Source: a virus
Lineage: Duplodnaviria; Caudoviricetes
Length of the DNA: 24,694 bases
Virus record (IMG/VR): IMGVR_UViG_3300030059_001563
Span: 1-24,694 of that record
Direction: 5' to 3' (one strand)
Part shown: one piece after another, positions 8,709 to 17,347 of the stretch
Numbering within the stretch: position 1 is the first letter of the stretch
Layout of the letters: each line of letters starts with the position of its first letter
The notes under the pieces: model-generated
Told to the model about the DNA's origin: nothing
Databases searched by the model: none
The model's input: only the letters and a program-made list of their open reading frames with translations
Made by a program: the position numbers and the translations under genes

Positions 8709-10411
8709 TAATTTTTAAATGTGTGCGTTGGAAGAACTTTCTTTCGACGGGTAATAACTTTACCGAAATTCAATTAGATAGAAACTCAACAACACTTATC
8801 ATAGGTGAGAATGGAGCAGGAAAGTCTACTGTTCTTGATGCTTTATGTTTTGGTTTATTCGGTAAACCATTTCGTGGTATCAATAAAGCTCAACTGGTAA
8901 ATTCAGTTAATATGAGTGGAGCTCTGGTTGAGGTTGAATTTGCTATAGGATCAAAGAAAATAAAAGTTATACGTGGTATCAAACCAAACGTATTTGAAAT
9001 ATATGTTAATGGTAAGATGTATAATCAAGATGCAAATGTTCGTGACTATCAAAAGTATCTTGAGCAACAAATCCTAAAATTAAACTATCGTAGTTTTACT
9101 CAGGTTGTTATTCTAGGTTCATCTACCTTTATTCCTTTTATGCAGCTAAAGTCTAAACACCGCCGTGAGGTTGTTGAAGAAATTCTTGACATCCAGATTT
9201 TTTCTATTATGAATATGTTACTAAAACAAAAACTAAAACATAATGCTGAAGAAATTCGTGATATAGAATATAAGACTAGTCTAACAGAAGAAAAGGTTGA
9301 CTTGCAAGAAAATTATATCGATGAGATAAAAAAGAATAAAGACAAGTTACTTGAAGAAAAGTCATCACTCTTTGAATCAAATCAAGAAGAAATTCATAAA
9401 AGACAAAAGAAAGTTACTGAATTTGAGAATAATAATATAGAATTATTAAGACAAATTAGTGACTCTGATTCTATTAAGTCTAAGTATCAAAAATTGCAAA
9501 GTATAAAGTCTACTCTTAATGAAAAACATAGGGCTCATTCTTCAACAATAAACTTCTTTGAAACAAATGAAGATTGCCCTACTTGTCAGCAACATATTAG
9601 TGAGATATTTAAAACTGATATTCTAAAAAAGAAAACAAAAGAAACAGATAAAATTTCTAAAGGTTTGTCAGAGTTAAAAGATGAATTAGAAAAATATAAA
9701 GAACGTCAAAAAGAAATTGTTGAAATTGCAAAAAGTGTAAGAGAACATGAAGTTCAAATTGCAAAAGATAACGAATCTATTTTACAACTAGAAAAGTTTA
9801 ATAGTACATTACAATCTGAAATTGATGTATTAGAACACGCTGATGTAAACAAAAATGATTATGAGAAACTTGGAGATTTGAAATCTTCAATCATAAATCT
9901 TACAGAACAAAGGTTAAAATTATCTGAGGATAAAACATATTCTGAAACTGCAAGGAATATGCTTCAAGATACAGGCATCAAGACAAAGATAATAAAACAA
10001 TATCTACCTATTATGAATAAGCTAATCAATACGTATCTAACTTCTATGGAGTTCTATGTTAACTTTACTTTAGATGAAAACTTTGAGGAAACAATTAAGT
10101 CACGCCATCGTGATGATTTCTCTTACTCTTCATTTAGTGAAGGTGAAAAGATGCGTATTGATTTAGCTTTGTTATTTACTTGGAGAGCAGTTGCAAAGAT
10201 GAAAAACTCTGCAAACACTAATCTTTTAATTTTAGATGAAATCTTTGATAGTTCTTTGGATGGTACTGGCACAGATGAGTTTCTAAAGATTCTAAATACT
10301 TTAGGTGATGAGAATGTATTTGTGATTAGTCATAAACAAGATGCTCTTGCAGACAAATTTAGAAGTACGGTTAAATTTTCTAAAATTAAAAACTTTAGTC
10401 ATATGGTTTAA
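8705..10411 (+). CDS. gp46: Recombination ATPase subunit (Rad50/SbcC-like, T4 gp46)
   Basis: WKNFLSTGN, Walker A GENGAGKS, zinc hook CPTC, signature FSEGEKMRID, Walker B LILDEIFDSSLD, ISH. Confidence 0.97.
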   Translation: MIIFKCVRWKNFLSTGNNFTEIQLDRNSTTLIIGENGAGKSTVLDALCFGLFGKPFRGINKAQLVNSVNMSGALVEVEFAIGSKKIKVIRGIKPNVFEIYVNGKMYNQDANVRDYQKYLEQQILKLNYRSFTQVVILGSSTFIPFMQLKSKHRREVVEEILDIQIFSIMNMLLKQKLKHNAEEIRDIEYKTSLTEEKVDLQENYIDEIKKNKDKLLEEKSSLFESNQEEIHKRQKKVTEFENNNIELLRQISDSDSIKSKYQKLQSIKSTLNEKHRAHSSTINFFETNEDCPTCQQHISEIFKTDILKKKTKETDKISKGLSELKDELEKYKERQKEIVEIAKSVREHEVQIAKDNESILQLEKFNSTLQSEIDVLEHADVNKNDYEKLGDLKSSIINLTEQRLKLSEDKTYSETARNMLQDTGIKTKIIKQYLPIMNKLINTYLTSMEFYVNFTLDENFEETIKSRHRDDFSYSSFSEGEKMRIDLALLFTWRAVAKMKNSANTNLLILDEIFDSSLDGTGTDEFLKILNTLGDENVFVISHKQDALADKFRSTVKFSKIKNFSHMV

Positions 10412-10414
10412 TAA

Positions 10415-10948
10415 ATGGGAAAACGATCAGACTTTGAGAGAAAACCAAGAGACTTCTATCCTACGCCGATAGAAGCAGTAATTCCATTAGTGAAACATTT
10501 ACCAGAGACTTTTGATTTTGCAGAGCCATGTGCTGGTGATGGTACGTTGGTAAATCATATTGAAAATTTGATAGAAGGTGCTGTTTGTACATGGGCAAGT
10601 GATATTGAACCACAAAATAAACGTGTATTAAAAAATGATTATTCACAATTGACAAGTTGTGAGTTAGAAGAATCTGAATATATAATAACAAATCCACCTT
10701 GGGATAGGAAAATGCTTCATCCGATGATTGAACATTTTGTAAAATTTAAACCAACATGGTTATTGTTTGATGCAGATTGGTTTCATACTAAACAAAGCAT
10801 ACCATATATAACTATGTGTCGGAAAATTGTAAGTGTCGGCAGAATTAAGTGGTTTGGAAATATGACAGGCAAAGATAACTGCGCTTGGTATTTGTTTGAA
10901 AGACCCAGCCGTGATGGTTGGATTACAGAATTTTATGGGAGACAATAA
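10415..10948 (+). CDS. Small DNA amino-methyltransferase (N6-adenine type)
   Basis: DFYPTP, SAM-binding motif I FAEPCAGDG, catalytic motif IV ITNPPW. No cognate restriction endonuclease nearby. Confidence 0.82.
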   Translation: MGKRSDFERKPRDFYPTPIEAVIPLVKHLPETFDFAEPCAGDGTLVNHIENLIEGAVCTWASDIEPQNKRVLKNDYSQLTSCELEESEYIITNPPWDRKMLHPMIEHFVKFKPTWLLFDADWFHTKQSIPYITMCRKIVSVGRIKWFGNMTGKDNCAWYLFERPSRDGWITEFYGRQ

Positions 10949-11467
10949 ATGTCAGTATATAATCTAATTAAAAATAATAATCCTCTACTCTCTATTCCAT
11001 TATCAGGATGTAGTAAGAACCTTGATCGTCAAGAGATTAAAGATAATCTTATAGAAACTATGAAAAGTTTTGCTGGTGTTGGTTTGTCAGCAAATCAGTG
11101 TGGTGTTATGGAACGAGTTTTTGTAATGTATTCTGATCTAAATAAAAAAGAGATCATTGCTTGTTTTAATCCTAAGATAGTTTCTACATCCGATGAAAGT
11201 CTTTTAATGGATGAAGGTTGTCTTTCATATCCTGGTATATGGTTAAAGGTTAAACGTCCTGATGGTATTGAAGCAACTTATGAGGATGAGGATGGTAAGT
11301 TACATGATATAGCTTTATTTGGACTTGAATGTAGAATTTTCCAACATGAACTAGATCATATGGAAGGAACTGATTTTACTAAAAGAGTTTCTAGGTTACG
11401 ACTCAGTAGAGCAAAAAAACGTCTTAAAAAAACAAATAAATATCTTAAAAAATCTAATGCAGCTTGA
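10949..11467 (+). CDS. def: Peptide deformylase
   Basis: All three PDF motifs: GVGLSANQCG, EGCLS, QHELDH. Confidence 0.96.
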   Translation: MSVYNLIKNNNPLLSIPLSGCSKNLDRQEIKDNLIETMKSFAGVGLSANQCGVMERVFVMYSDLNKKEIIACFNPKIVSTSDESLLMDEGCLSYPGIWLKVKRPDGIEATYEDEDGKLHDIALFGLECRIFQHELDHMEGTDFTKRVSRLRLSRAKKRLKKTNKYLKKSNAA

Positions 11468-11491
11468 TCGTAATTTATGATAGTAGTGTGG

Positions 11492-11509
11492 TAAAAATGT
11501 CACACTTTA
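11492..11509. repeat. 18-bp direct repeat / putative operator, copy 1
   Basis: TAAAAATGTCACACTTTA is identical to 13914-13931. It lies within the inverted repeat AGTGTG(11485-90)..CACACT(11501-06). Confidence 0.75.
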
Positions 11510-11550
11510 TCTAAAAATCCAATAAAATATCATAGAACGCAATTTTCTTA

Positions 11551-11579
11551 TTGACTATGCAACTTTAGTATGTTATACT
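11551..11579 (+). promoter_or_regulatory. Sigma70-type early promoter
   Basis: TTGACT-17 nt-TATACT with an extended -10 TG. Confidence 0.8.
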
Positions 11580-11615
11580 ATGTATACAATGAGAAAACAG
11601 ACAGAGAAATCACCT

Positions 11616-13910
11616 ATGAAAAATAAGTCCACAATTGCGAAGTTACTTTCAGAAGAAGCTATCCACGTTGTTTATAAACAGATGGAAACTGCTTACTTCA
11701 ATCCGAAAGATCGTGAACTAGGTTTACCTATTTGGGATGAAGATAAAACTACTGCTGATGTAGAAGACTTGATGGTATGCCATGAGATTGCTCACGCACT
11801 ATGGACTCCTCTAGATATGTTAGAGAGAGCTCAAGTTCGTAATATCAACCATTCTTTTGTAAATATTATTGAAGATGCGCGTATTGAACGTATGGTACAG
11901 GAAAAATATCGTGGTTCTGTTGCGGTTTTCAAACGTGGTTATCGTGATCTTACTGCTCTTGATTTCTTTAGTATTGGCGACAAAGATGTTTCTGATTTAA
12001 ATTTAATTGATCGTATCAACCTATTCTTCAAAAAACAAGATGTAACATTTTCTGATGAAGAAAAGGTTTGGGTTGATCGTGTTGCAAATACTAAAACTCC
12101 TGATGACGTTCTTGATCTTTCTGAAGAGATTTATAAATGGATGTCAGAAAACAAATCTGAAACTGATAACCATAATACTAATGAAGAAAAGAGTGTTTCT
12201 GATCCTAATGGTGAAGAAGGTGATACTGAAGCTCCAACTGGTTCTAATAATGAAAATACTGAAAGAGAAGAAAATGGAAATGATACAAGTAGTGATAGCA
12301 AGTCTGATACTGATGAGTCTAACTCAGCTTATGATGCCAAGTCTAATGACGGTTCTAGTGAAGATGAAGTAGATACAGAAGAATCATCAGAAAATAAATC
12401 AAAAGAATTAAAAGATTCTAATACAGAAAATGGTGGTGTTAAATCTTCTGGTGCTGGTAATGTTCCAATGGCAACAACTGATACTGATAATGGAATAGAT
12501 TCTTTACGCGACAAAAATGCAAAAGATCGTGTTTATGGAATAATTCCTGATACATCTAATATTGATTTTACCATTTCATATAAAAAATTGATAGATGAAT
12601 TTAAATCAGGTATTGATGCTGAAGTATTAAATAATCCTGATAGTCACAATAATTTTATAACTGAGACTCGTATACAATTAGAAACAATGAAGAAGGAATC
12701 TAAAAAGGCTGTTTCTTACATGGTTAAAGAATTTGAGATGAAGAAGTCTGCTGACCAGTATGCTCGTGCTTCAACTTCCAAAACTGGTTCTTTGGATATG
12801 AGTGCTCTTCACACTTACAAGTTTAATGACGATCTATTCAAGAAAGTAACTACTCTGCCTGGCGCTACAAATCACGGTATGGTTATGATTGTCGATTGGT
12901 CTGGTTCTATGGCTGAAAATCTTGAAGGAACATTTTCTCAGTTATTTAGTTTAGTTTGGTTTTGTCGTCAGACACATATCCCATTTGAAGTTTATGCTTT
13001 CTCTGATGCATATCCTAAATGTAATAAAAATGATTTAGATAAGTTTGATGATGTTTCGGGAATGAAAATAAATAATTTTAAATCTGGTAATATAATATTA
13101 CGAGATATGAATCTTCTAAATATTTTTTCTAGTAAGATGAATATTAAAGAAGAAATGGAAATGATGTATAACTGCTTAGTTCTTGCAAAACAGTGGACAT
13201 GGCCGCGCAACAACAGAGAAGGTAATTTTCCAATTAGAATTCCTTCAAAAATAAATCTTGGTGGAACACCATTGAATGAAGCAATTATTGCAATGATGGA
13301 TATTGTTCCTAAATTTAAAACCGATAATGGTGTTCAAAAGGTAAATACTGTTTTTCTAACTGATGGTGTTTCTAATTCTTTGCAAGGCGTTTATACTTAT
13401 AAATTAAATAAAACAACAGGTGAACACAGTAAATCATCAAAGCATATTAATAATCATTGGAGTGGTGAAACTACAATGTTTACTGATCCTAAAACTAATA
13501 AAACTTATGAAGCTGAAGATAATAAAAATATTACTAATGTTCTTATAAAAATACTTAAAGATAGAATTGAAAATATGAATGTTGTTGGTTTCTTTATTGC
13601 TGGTAGAGGTAAATCTGGTAGAGTTGATAAACGAACTTTGATGAGTATTCTACCAAAAGATAGTTATAGTTCTATTATTGAAAAGGTAAAGTTTTTAAAC
13701 AAAGAAAAATACCTTTCAATTTCTCAGTGTGGATATGACGAATACTATATTTTACCTGGCGGTAATTCTTTGATGCTTGAAAATGATGGTCTTGATGATG
13801 ATCTAGTTGGTGCTTCAAAAGCAAAACTAAAATCTGCATTTGGAAAATCTATGAAGAGTAAAATTTCTTCTCGCCAGTTACTAAACAAATTTGTAAAGAT
13901 GGTGGCATAG
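11616..13910 (+). CDS. VWA-domain protein with N-terminal zincin-like metallopeptidase motif (CobT-like partner of the AAA+ ATPase)
   Basis: HEIAH (HExxH) plus VNIIEDARIE, an acidic low-complexity linker, then MIDAS motif DWSGS...GGTPL...FLTDG. Start probably ATG 11616, since the ATG at 11580 abuts the -10 box. Confidence 0.85.
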   Translation: MKNKSTIAKLLSEEAIHVVYKQMETAYFNPKDRELGLPIWDEDKTTADVEDLMVCHEIAHALWTPLDMLERAQVRNINHSFVNIIEDARIERMVQEKYRGSVAVFKRGYRDLTALDFFSIGDKDVSDLNLIDRINLFFKKQDVTFSDEEKVWVDRVANTKTPDDVLDLSEEIYKWMSENKSETDNHNTNEEKSVSDPNGEEGDTEAPTGSNNENTEREENGNDTSSDSKSDTDESNSAYDAKSNDGSSEDEVDTEESSENKSKELKDSNTENGGVKSSGAGNVPMATTDTDNGIDSLRDKNAKDRVYGIIPDTSNIDFTISYKKLIDEFKSGIDAEVLNNPDSHNNFITETRIQLETMKKESKKAVSYMVKEFEMKKSADQYARASTSKTGSLDMSALHTYKFNDDLFKKVTTLPGATNHGMVMIVDWSGSMAENLEGTFSQLFSLVWFCRQTHIPFEVYAFSDAYPKCNKNDLDKFDDVSGMKINNFKSGNIILRDMNLLNIFSSKMNIKEEMEMMYNCLVLAKQWTWPRNNREGNFPIRIPSKINLGGTPLNEAIIAMMDIVPKFKTDNGVQKVNTVFLTDGVSNSLQGVYTYKLNKTTGEHSKSSKHINNHWSGETTMFTDPKTNKTYEAEDNKNITNVLIKILKDRIENMNVVGFFIAGRGKSGRVDKRTLMSILPKDSYSSIIEKVKFLNKEKYLSISQCGYDEYYILPGGNSLMLENDGLDDDLVGASKAKLKSAFGKSMKSKISSRQLLNKFVKMVA

Positions 13911-13913
13911 TGA

Positions 13914-13931
13914 TAAAAATGTCACACTTTA
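13914..13931. repeat. 18-bp direct repeat / putative operator, copy 2
   Basis: TAAAAATGTCACACTTTA is identical to 11492-11509. Confidence 0.75.
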
Positions 13932-13971
13932 CAGAAAAAACAATAAATCGACAATTGGATGTTGATTCTTC

Positions 13972-14000
13972 TTGACAAACCTTGTTTTGTATGGTACTAT
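13972..14000 (+). promoter_or_regulatory. Sigma70-type early promoter
   Basis: TTGACA(13972-77)-17 nt-TACTAT(13995-14000). Confidence 0.72.
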
Positions 14001-14037
14001 AAAGATAATGATGATGAAGACTGTGAAAGAGAAAAAT

Positions 14038-15219
14038 ATGAATATTAAATTAACTCCACGTAAAAAGATTTTTGTTGAAGCTGCAACCGAAATGTTTGGA
14101 GATTCTGCAATAATAAGTAAAGATGAAGCAAGAGTTTCTGCTGAAAAAGCAGGAGTTCCTTTTCCTACTTGGTTTAAAAAATGTAAGGTTGGATATAATC
14201 AATTTAAATTACCAATGTTAGAAGGCGCTTCATTTGTTGATAATGTTGATACTAAAGGATATGTTCCTGGTATGCAAGTAGAGAACCCACCTGCTGTTAT
14301 GAACTTGGTTGCGTCAAACATGGAAAAACAGAACTTGGTTCCTGCTCCGTTTGTAGGTTTTGTTCCTTGGGGCAACTATGCTAATATTAAAAAGATTATA
14401 AAGTCTGGTATGTTCTATCCTGTTTTTATTACTGGTTTATCCGGTAATGGTAAAACTCTGATGGTTGAGCAGTTACACGCTGAACTAGGTAAAGAGTTGA
14501 TCCGACTCAATATCACAATCGAAACTGATGAGGATGATCTTCTTGGTGGTTTCCGTTTGGTAAATGGTGAAACTAAGTTTGTACCAGGCCCTGTGATCGA
14601 AGCAATGGAACGTGGTTGCACGTTGTTGCTTGATGAGTGTGATCTAGGTTCTAATAAGTTACTTGCTCTACAGCCTGTCCTTGAGGGTAAGGGCGTGTTC
14701 CTTAAAAAAGTAAACAAGTGGATTACTCCTAAAGATGGTTTCAATGTGATGGCAACTGCCAACACCAAAGGTAAAGGTTCTGAAGATGGACGCTTTATCG
14801 GAACCAACATTTTGAACGAAGCATTTCTTGAGAGGTTCGCAATTACGATTGAACAACCATATCCTTCTGCTGCGATTGAGAAGAAAATCGTTGTTGGTTC
14901 TATGAAGAAGTATGGTAAGGTTGATAAGGTATTTGCTGACAACCTTGTAATGTGGGCTGAGGTTATTCGTAAGACTTTCTATGATGGTGGTGTAGATGAG
15001 ATCATTTCTACTCGCCGTCTAGATCACATTGTAAAGGCCTTCACTATCTTTAAAGATAAGATGACTGCTATTGAAATGTGTGTTGCACGTTTTGATAACG
15101 ATACAAAAGATTCTTTCATTGATCTATATACTAAAATTGATGCTGGTGTATCGGTTACTGGTGAAGATGTTGGAGATCAAATAATAGAATCAGGTCTAAC
15201 ACTTGAAGAAAAATACTAA
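14038..15219 (+). CDS. cobS: CobS/MoxR-like AAA+ ATPase
   Basis: Walker A GLSGNGKT, ETDEDDLLGG, Walker B LLLDE, ATANTKGKG, NEAFLERF, ISTRRL. This is the phage 'CobS' family. The TTG at 13972 is the -35 box, so the start was moved to ATG 14038. Confidence 0.9.
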   Translation: MNIKLTPRKKIFVEAATEMFGDSAIISKDEARVSAEKAGVPFPTWFKKCKVGYNQFKLPMLEGASFVDNVDTKGYVPGMQVENPPAVMNLVASNMEKQNLVPAPFVGFVPWGNYANIKKIIKSGMFYPVFITGLSGNGKTLMVEQLHAELGKELIRLNITIETDEDDLLGGFRLVNGETKFVPGPVIEAMERGCTLLLDECDLGSNKLLALQPVLEGKGVFLKKVNKWITPKDGFNVMATANTKGKGSEDGRFIGTNILNEAFLERFAITIEQPYPSAAIEKKIVVGSMKKYGKVDKVFADNLVMWAEVIRKTFYDGGVDEIISTRRLDHIVKAFTIFKDKMTAIEMCVARFDNDTKDSFIDLYTKIDAGVSVTGEDVGDQIIESGLTLEEKY

Positions 15220-15225
15220 AAAACT

Positions 15226-15258
15226 TTGATTTTATATGTTAAAACTCTTATATATAAT
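15226..15258 (+). promoter_or_regulatory. Promoter for hsp20 (sigma70- or RpoH-like)
   Basis: TTGATT(15226-31) followed by CTTATATATAAT(15247-58). Fits either TTGATT-17-TATATA or an alphaproteobacterial RpoH-like TTG-N18-CYTATNT. Confidence 0.5.
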
Positions 15259-15262
15259 ACTA

Positions 15263-15395
15263 CAAGGCAATTCATAAGTCCTTGAGATACAGAGTTTTTG
15301 ATGGTTTTTACTGTAAATTTAAAAAACCATCACTTAACTGTAGGATGCCTTATAGGGTTCTACCACAAATCTTGCTTAAAAGGAGATAACTAATG
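15263..15395 (+). promoter_or_regulatory. ROSE-like RNA thermometer in the hsp20 5' leader
   Basis: Four hairpins. The last pairs ATCTTGCT(15369-76) with AGGAGAT(15381-87), placing UUGCU with a bulged G opposite the Shine-Dalgarno. Confidence 0.65.
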
Positions 15396-15833
15396 GTTAC
15401 AAATAAAACACTAAGTCTGTTCGACAATTTTAATCAACTAACACCTTATGCTGTAGGTTACGATAAGATGTTTGATCATCTAAACAACTATGTTTCAAAC
15501 AATGTAACATCTACAGGGTTCCCGCCATATAACATATCTAAAGGGGGTGACTACACTTATGTCATTGAAATGGCCTTGGCGGGTTTCTCTAAAAAGGATA
15601 TTGAAATTGAAGTTGCAGACAATACACTTACTATTCGTTCTATAAAAGAGAATGAAGAAGATAATGAAGACACGATTCATCGTGGTATTTCCTATCGTAA
15701 GTTTAATCGAAAATTTACTCTAGCAGATGATCTAGTTGTAAATGAAGCTTCTCTTGAAAATGGTATGCTTATTATTAATCTTGAGCGTATTGTTCCAGAG
15801 GAAAAGAAACCTCGATTACTTAGTATAAAATAA
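15393..15833 (+). CDS. hsp20: Small heat shock protein (Hsp20/IbpA family)
   Basis: FPPYNI, IEMALAGF, HRGISYRKFNRKFTLAD, A.LENGML.I.LERIVPEEKKPR. Confidence 0.97.
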   Translation: MVTNKTLSLFDNFNQLTPYAVGYDKMFDHLNNYVSNNVTSTGFPPYNISKGGDYTYVIEMALAGFSKKDIEIEVADNTLTIRSIKENEEDNEDTIHRGISYRKFNRKFTLADDLVVNEASLENGMLIINLERIVPEEKKPRLLSIK

Positions 15834-15847
15834 ATTTGTAATAAATG

Positions 15848-15885
15848 GGAAAAGGGACTTTACATTTAGTCCCTTTTCCTTTATT
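15848..15885 (+). terminator. Hairpin/terminator after hsp20 (overlaps a possible TTTACA-17-TATTAT promoter)
   Basis: GGAAAAGGGACT(15848-59)/AGTCCCTTTTCC(15868-79) 12-bp stem followed by TTTATT. Confidence 0.75.
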
Positions 15886-15909
15886 ATGATAATAAGATAA
15901 GGAGATATT

Positions 15910-16764
15910 ATGAGCGAAGAAAAAACAGTATTGGACTTACTTGGTGCAGATCAGCCTGGTCAAATGGAAATGGAAATTATTCCTGCTATTCATCATCATG
16001 TTGCAAAAATTAAATTTGGTCAGACAGTCGTTGATATTTTAAATGAAGAAGTTGAAACAATATCAAGAAGTAGATCATCAAATAAAGATAAACAGCTTGT
16101 TGGCCAACTCAGACAACATAAAGATTCTGCACAACTAGATTTTAATTTGACTACTTCTGTAGGAATACAATTAAGATCAGTTTTAAATTCAGTTGGAACA
16201 ACTTATTTAAATAAAGGATATGGGAAAAACTCATATGCAGATTGTTATACTTGTTGGACTAATCATGCATATGCTGGAGACTATAATCCACTACACGAGC
16301 ATAGTACAAATACTGCTACAGGACTTTCTGGTTTTATGTGGTTAAAGATGCCAGAAGAAATGGAAGCACGTAGACTAGATAAAGGAAAACATAGAGTTAA
16401 TTTTGGTGAATCAGATGGTCAATATGATGGATGGACTCATATGTGTTGGGGATTAGGATCAAAAACAGATTTATATAATTTGAAACTTGGTGCCGAAGAA
16501 TATGTTCAACCAGAAGTTGGAACTTTGTATATTTTCCCAAAATGGTTACATCATCAAGTAATGCCATTTTCTGGAGCAGGAGAAAGACGGTCTATTGCAA
16601 TGAATTGGGATGTAATTCAATCACAACAAGAACTACAAAGTATTATGAGCCCAAATGAATTTGATAGTTTTATTTCTAATATTCCAGATGATCAAGATAA
16701 GTCTATTCCAATAGCTATCAATGTCGGTGGATCTTATATTAAGGTTAAATTAGATGAAACCTAA
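15910..16764 (+). CDS. Putative 2OG-Fe(II) oxygenase with N- and C-terminal extensions
   Basis: W.NH..AGDYNPLHEH...LSGFMWLKMP...IFPKWLHHQVMPF.G.GERRSIAMN. SD AGGAG. Confidence 0.8.
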   Translation: MSEEKTVLDLLGADQPGQMEMEIIPAIHHHVAKIKFGQTVVDILNEEVETISRSRSSNKDKQLVGQLRQHKDSAQLDFNLTTSVGIQLRSVLNSVGTTYLNKGYGKNSYADCYTCWTNHAYAGDYNPLHEHSTNTATGLSGFMWLKMPEEMEARRLDKGKHRVNFGESDGQYDGWTHMCWGLGSKTDLYNLKLGAEEYVQPEVGTLYIFPKWLHHQVMPFSGAGERRSIAMNWDVIQSQQELQSIMSPNEFDSFISNIPDDQDKSIPIAINVGGSYIKVKLDET

Positions 16765-17347
16765 TCCTAACTTTATTCATGCTGTTATGATGAATGATGT
16801 CTCGTTATGCGATGATTTAATTAATTATTATGGTAAGAATAGTGAGTATAAACAAAAAGGACATTCTGATGGTGGAGATAAAACGTCAACAGATGTTACA
16901 GTTTATCCAAACACAAATGATGAAACTATTCAAAAATATTATCGTTTTTTAACAGATGCATTGGGAAGTTATAAAGAAATATATGATGAATTTTCTTTTC
17001 CAGTAGGTTTTAGTGAAGCATTTAATATTCAACACTATGAACCAAATGAAGGATATTTTAATTGGCATTGCGAAAGAGGTATGAATCAAACAAACCAAAG
17101 AGCTTTAGTTTTTATGACTTATCTTAATGACGTTACTGATGGTGGTGAAACTGAATGGAAGTATCAATGTTTAAAGTTACAACCAAAAAAAGGAATGACT
17201 GTAATATGGCCTACTGATTTTACTCATACACATAGAGGTGTAGTATCTACAACTCAATCTAAAACAATTGCTACTGGGTGGTTTAATTATTTAGATGTTC
17301 CAGCTGCATTACAATTTCTAGAGGAAAAAAATAATCTCAAAAGTTAA
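16754..17347 (+). CDS. 2OG-Fe(II) oxygenase
   Basis: FNIQHY.P.EGYFNWHCE (HxE), RALVFMTYLNDVTDGGETEW, IWPTDFTHTHRG, KTIATGW. Confidence 0.88.
   Translation: MKPNPNFIHAVMMNDVSLCDDLINYYGKNSEYKQKGHSDGGDKTSTDVTVYPNTNDETIQKYYRFLTDALGSYKEIYDEFSFPVGFSEAFNIQHYEPNEGYFNWHCERGMNQTNQRALVFMTYLNDVTDGGETEWKYQCLKLQPKKGMTVIWPTDFTHTHRGVVSTTQSKTIATGWFNYLDVPAALQFLEEKNNLKS

Noticed and set aside
4988-13213. Other short overlapping ORFs (4988-5332, 6070-6309, 8131-8343, 8432-8659, 10461-10697, 10760-10945, 12055-12372, 12329-12514, 12992-13213)
   Set aside because: Fully nested in well-supported genes with no independent evidence of coding.
14415-14942. 175-aa minus-strand ORF and the nested 62-aa ORF
   Set aside because: Antisense mirror of the conserved AAA+ core, explained by codon bias.
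14038-15219. Cobalamin biosynthesis auxiliary gene interpretation
   Set aside because: The name cobS reflects family similarity only. No cobN or other pathway genes are present in the window.
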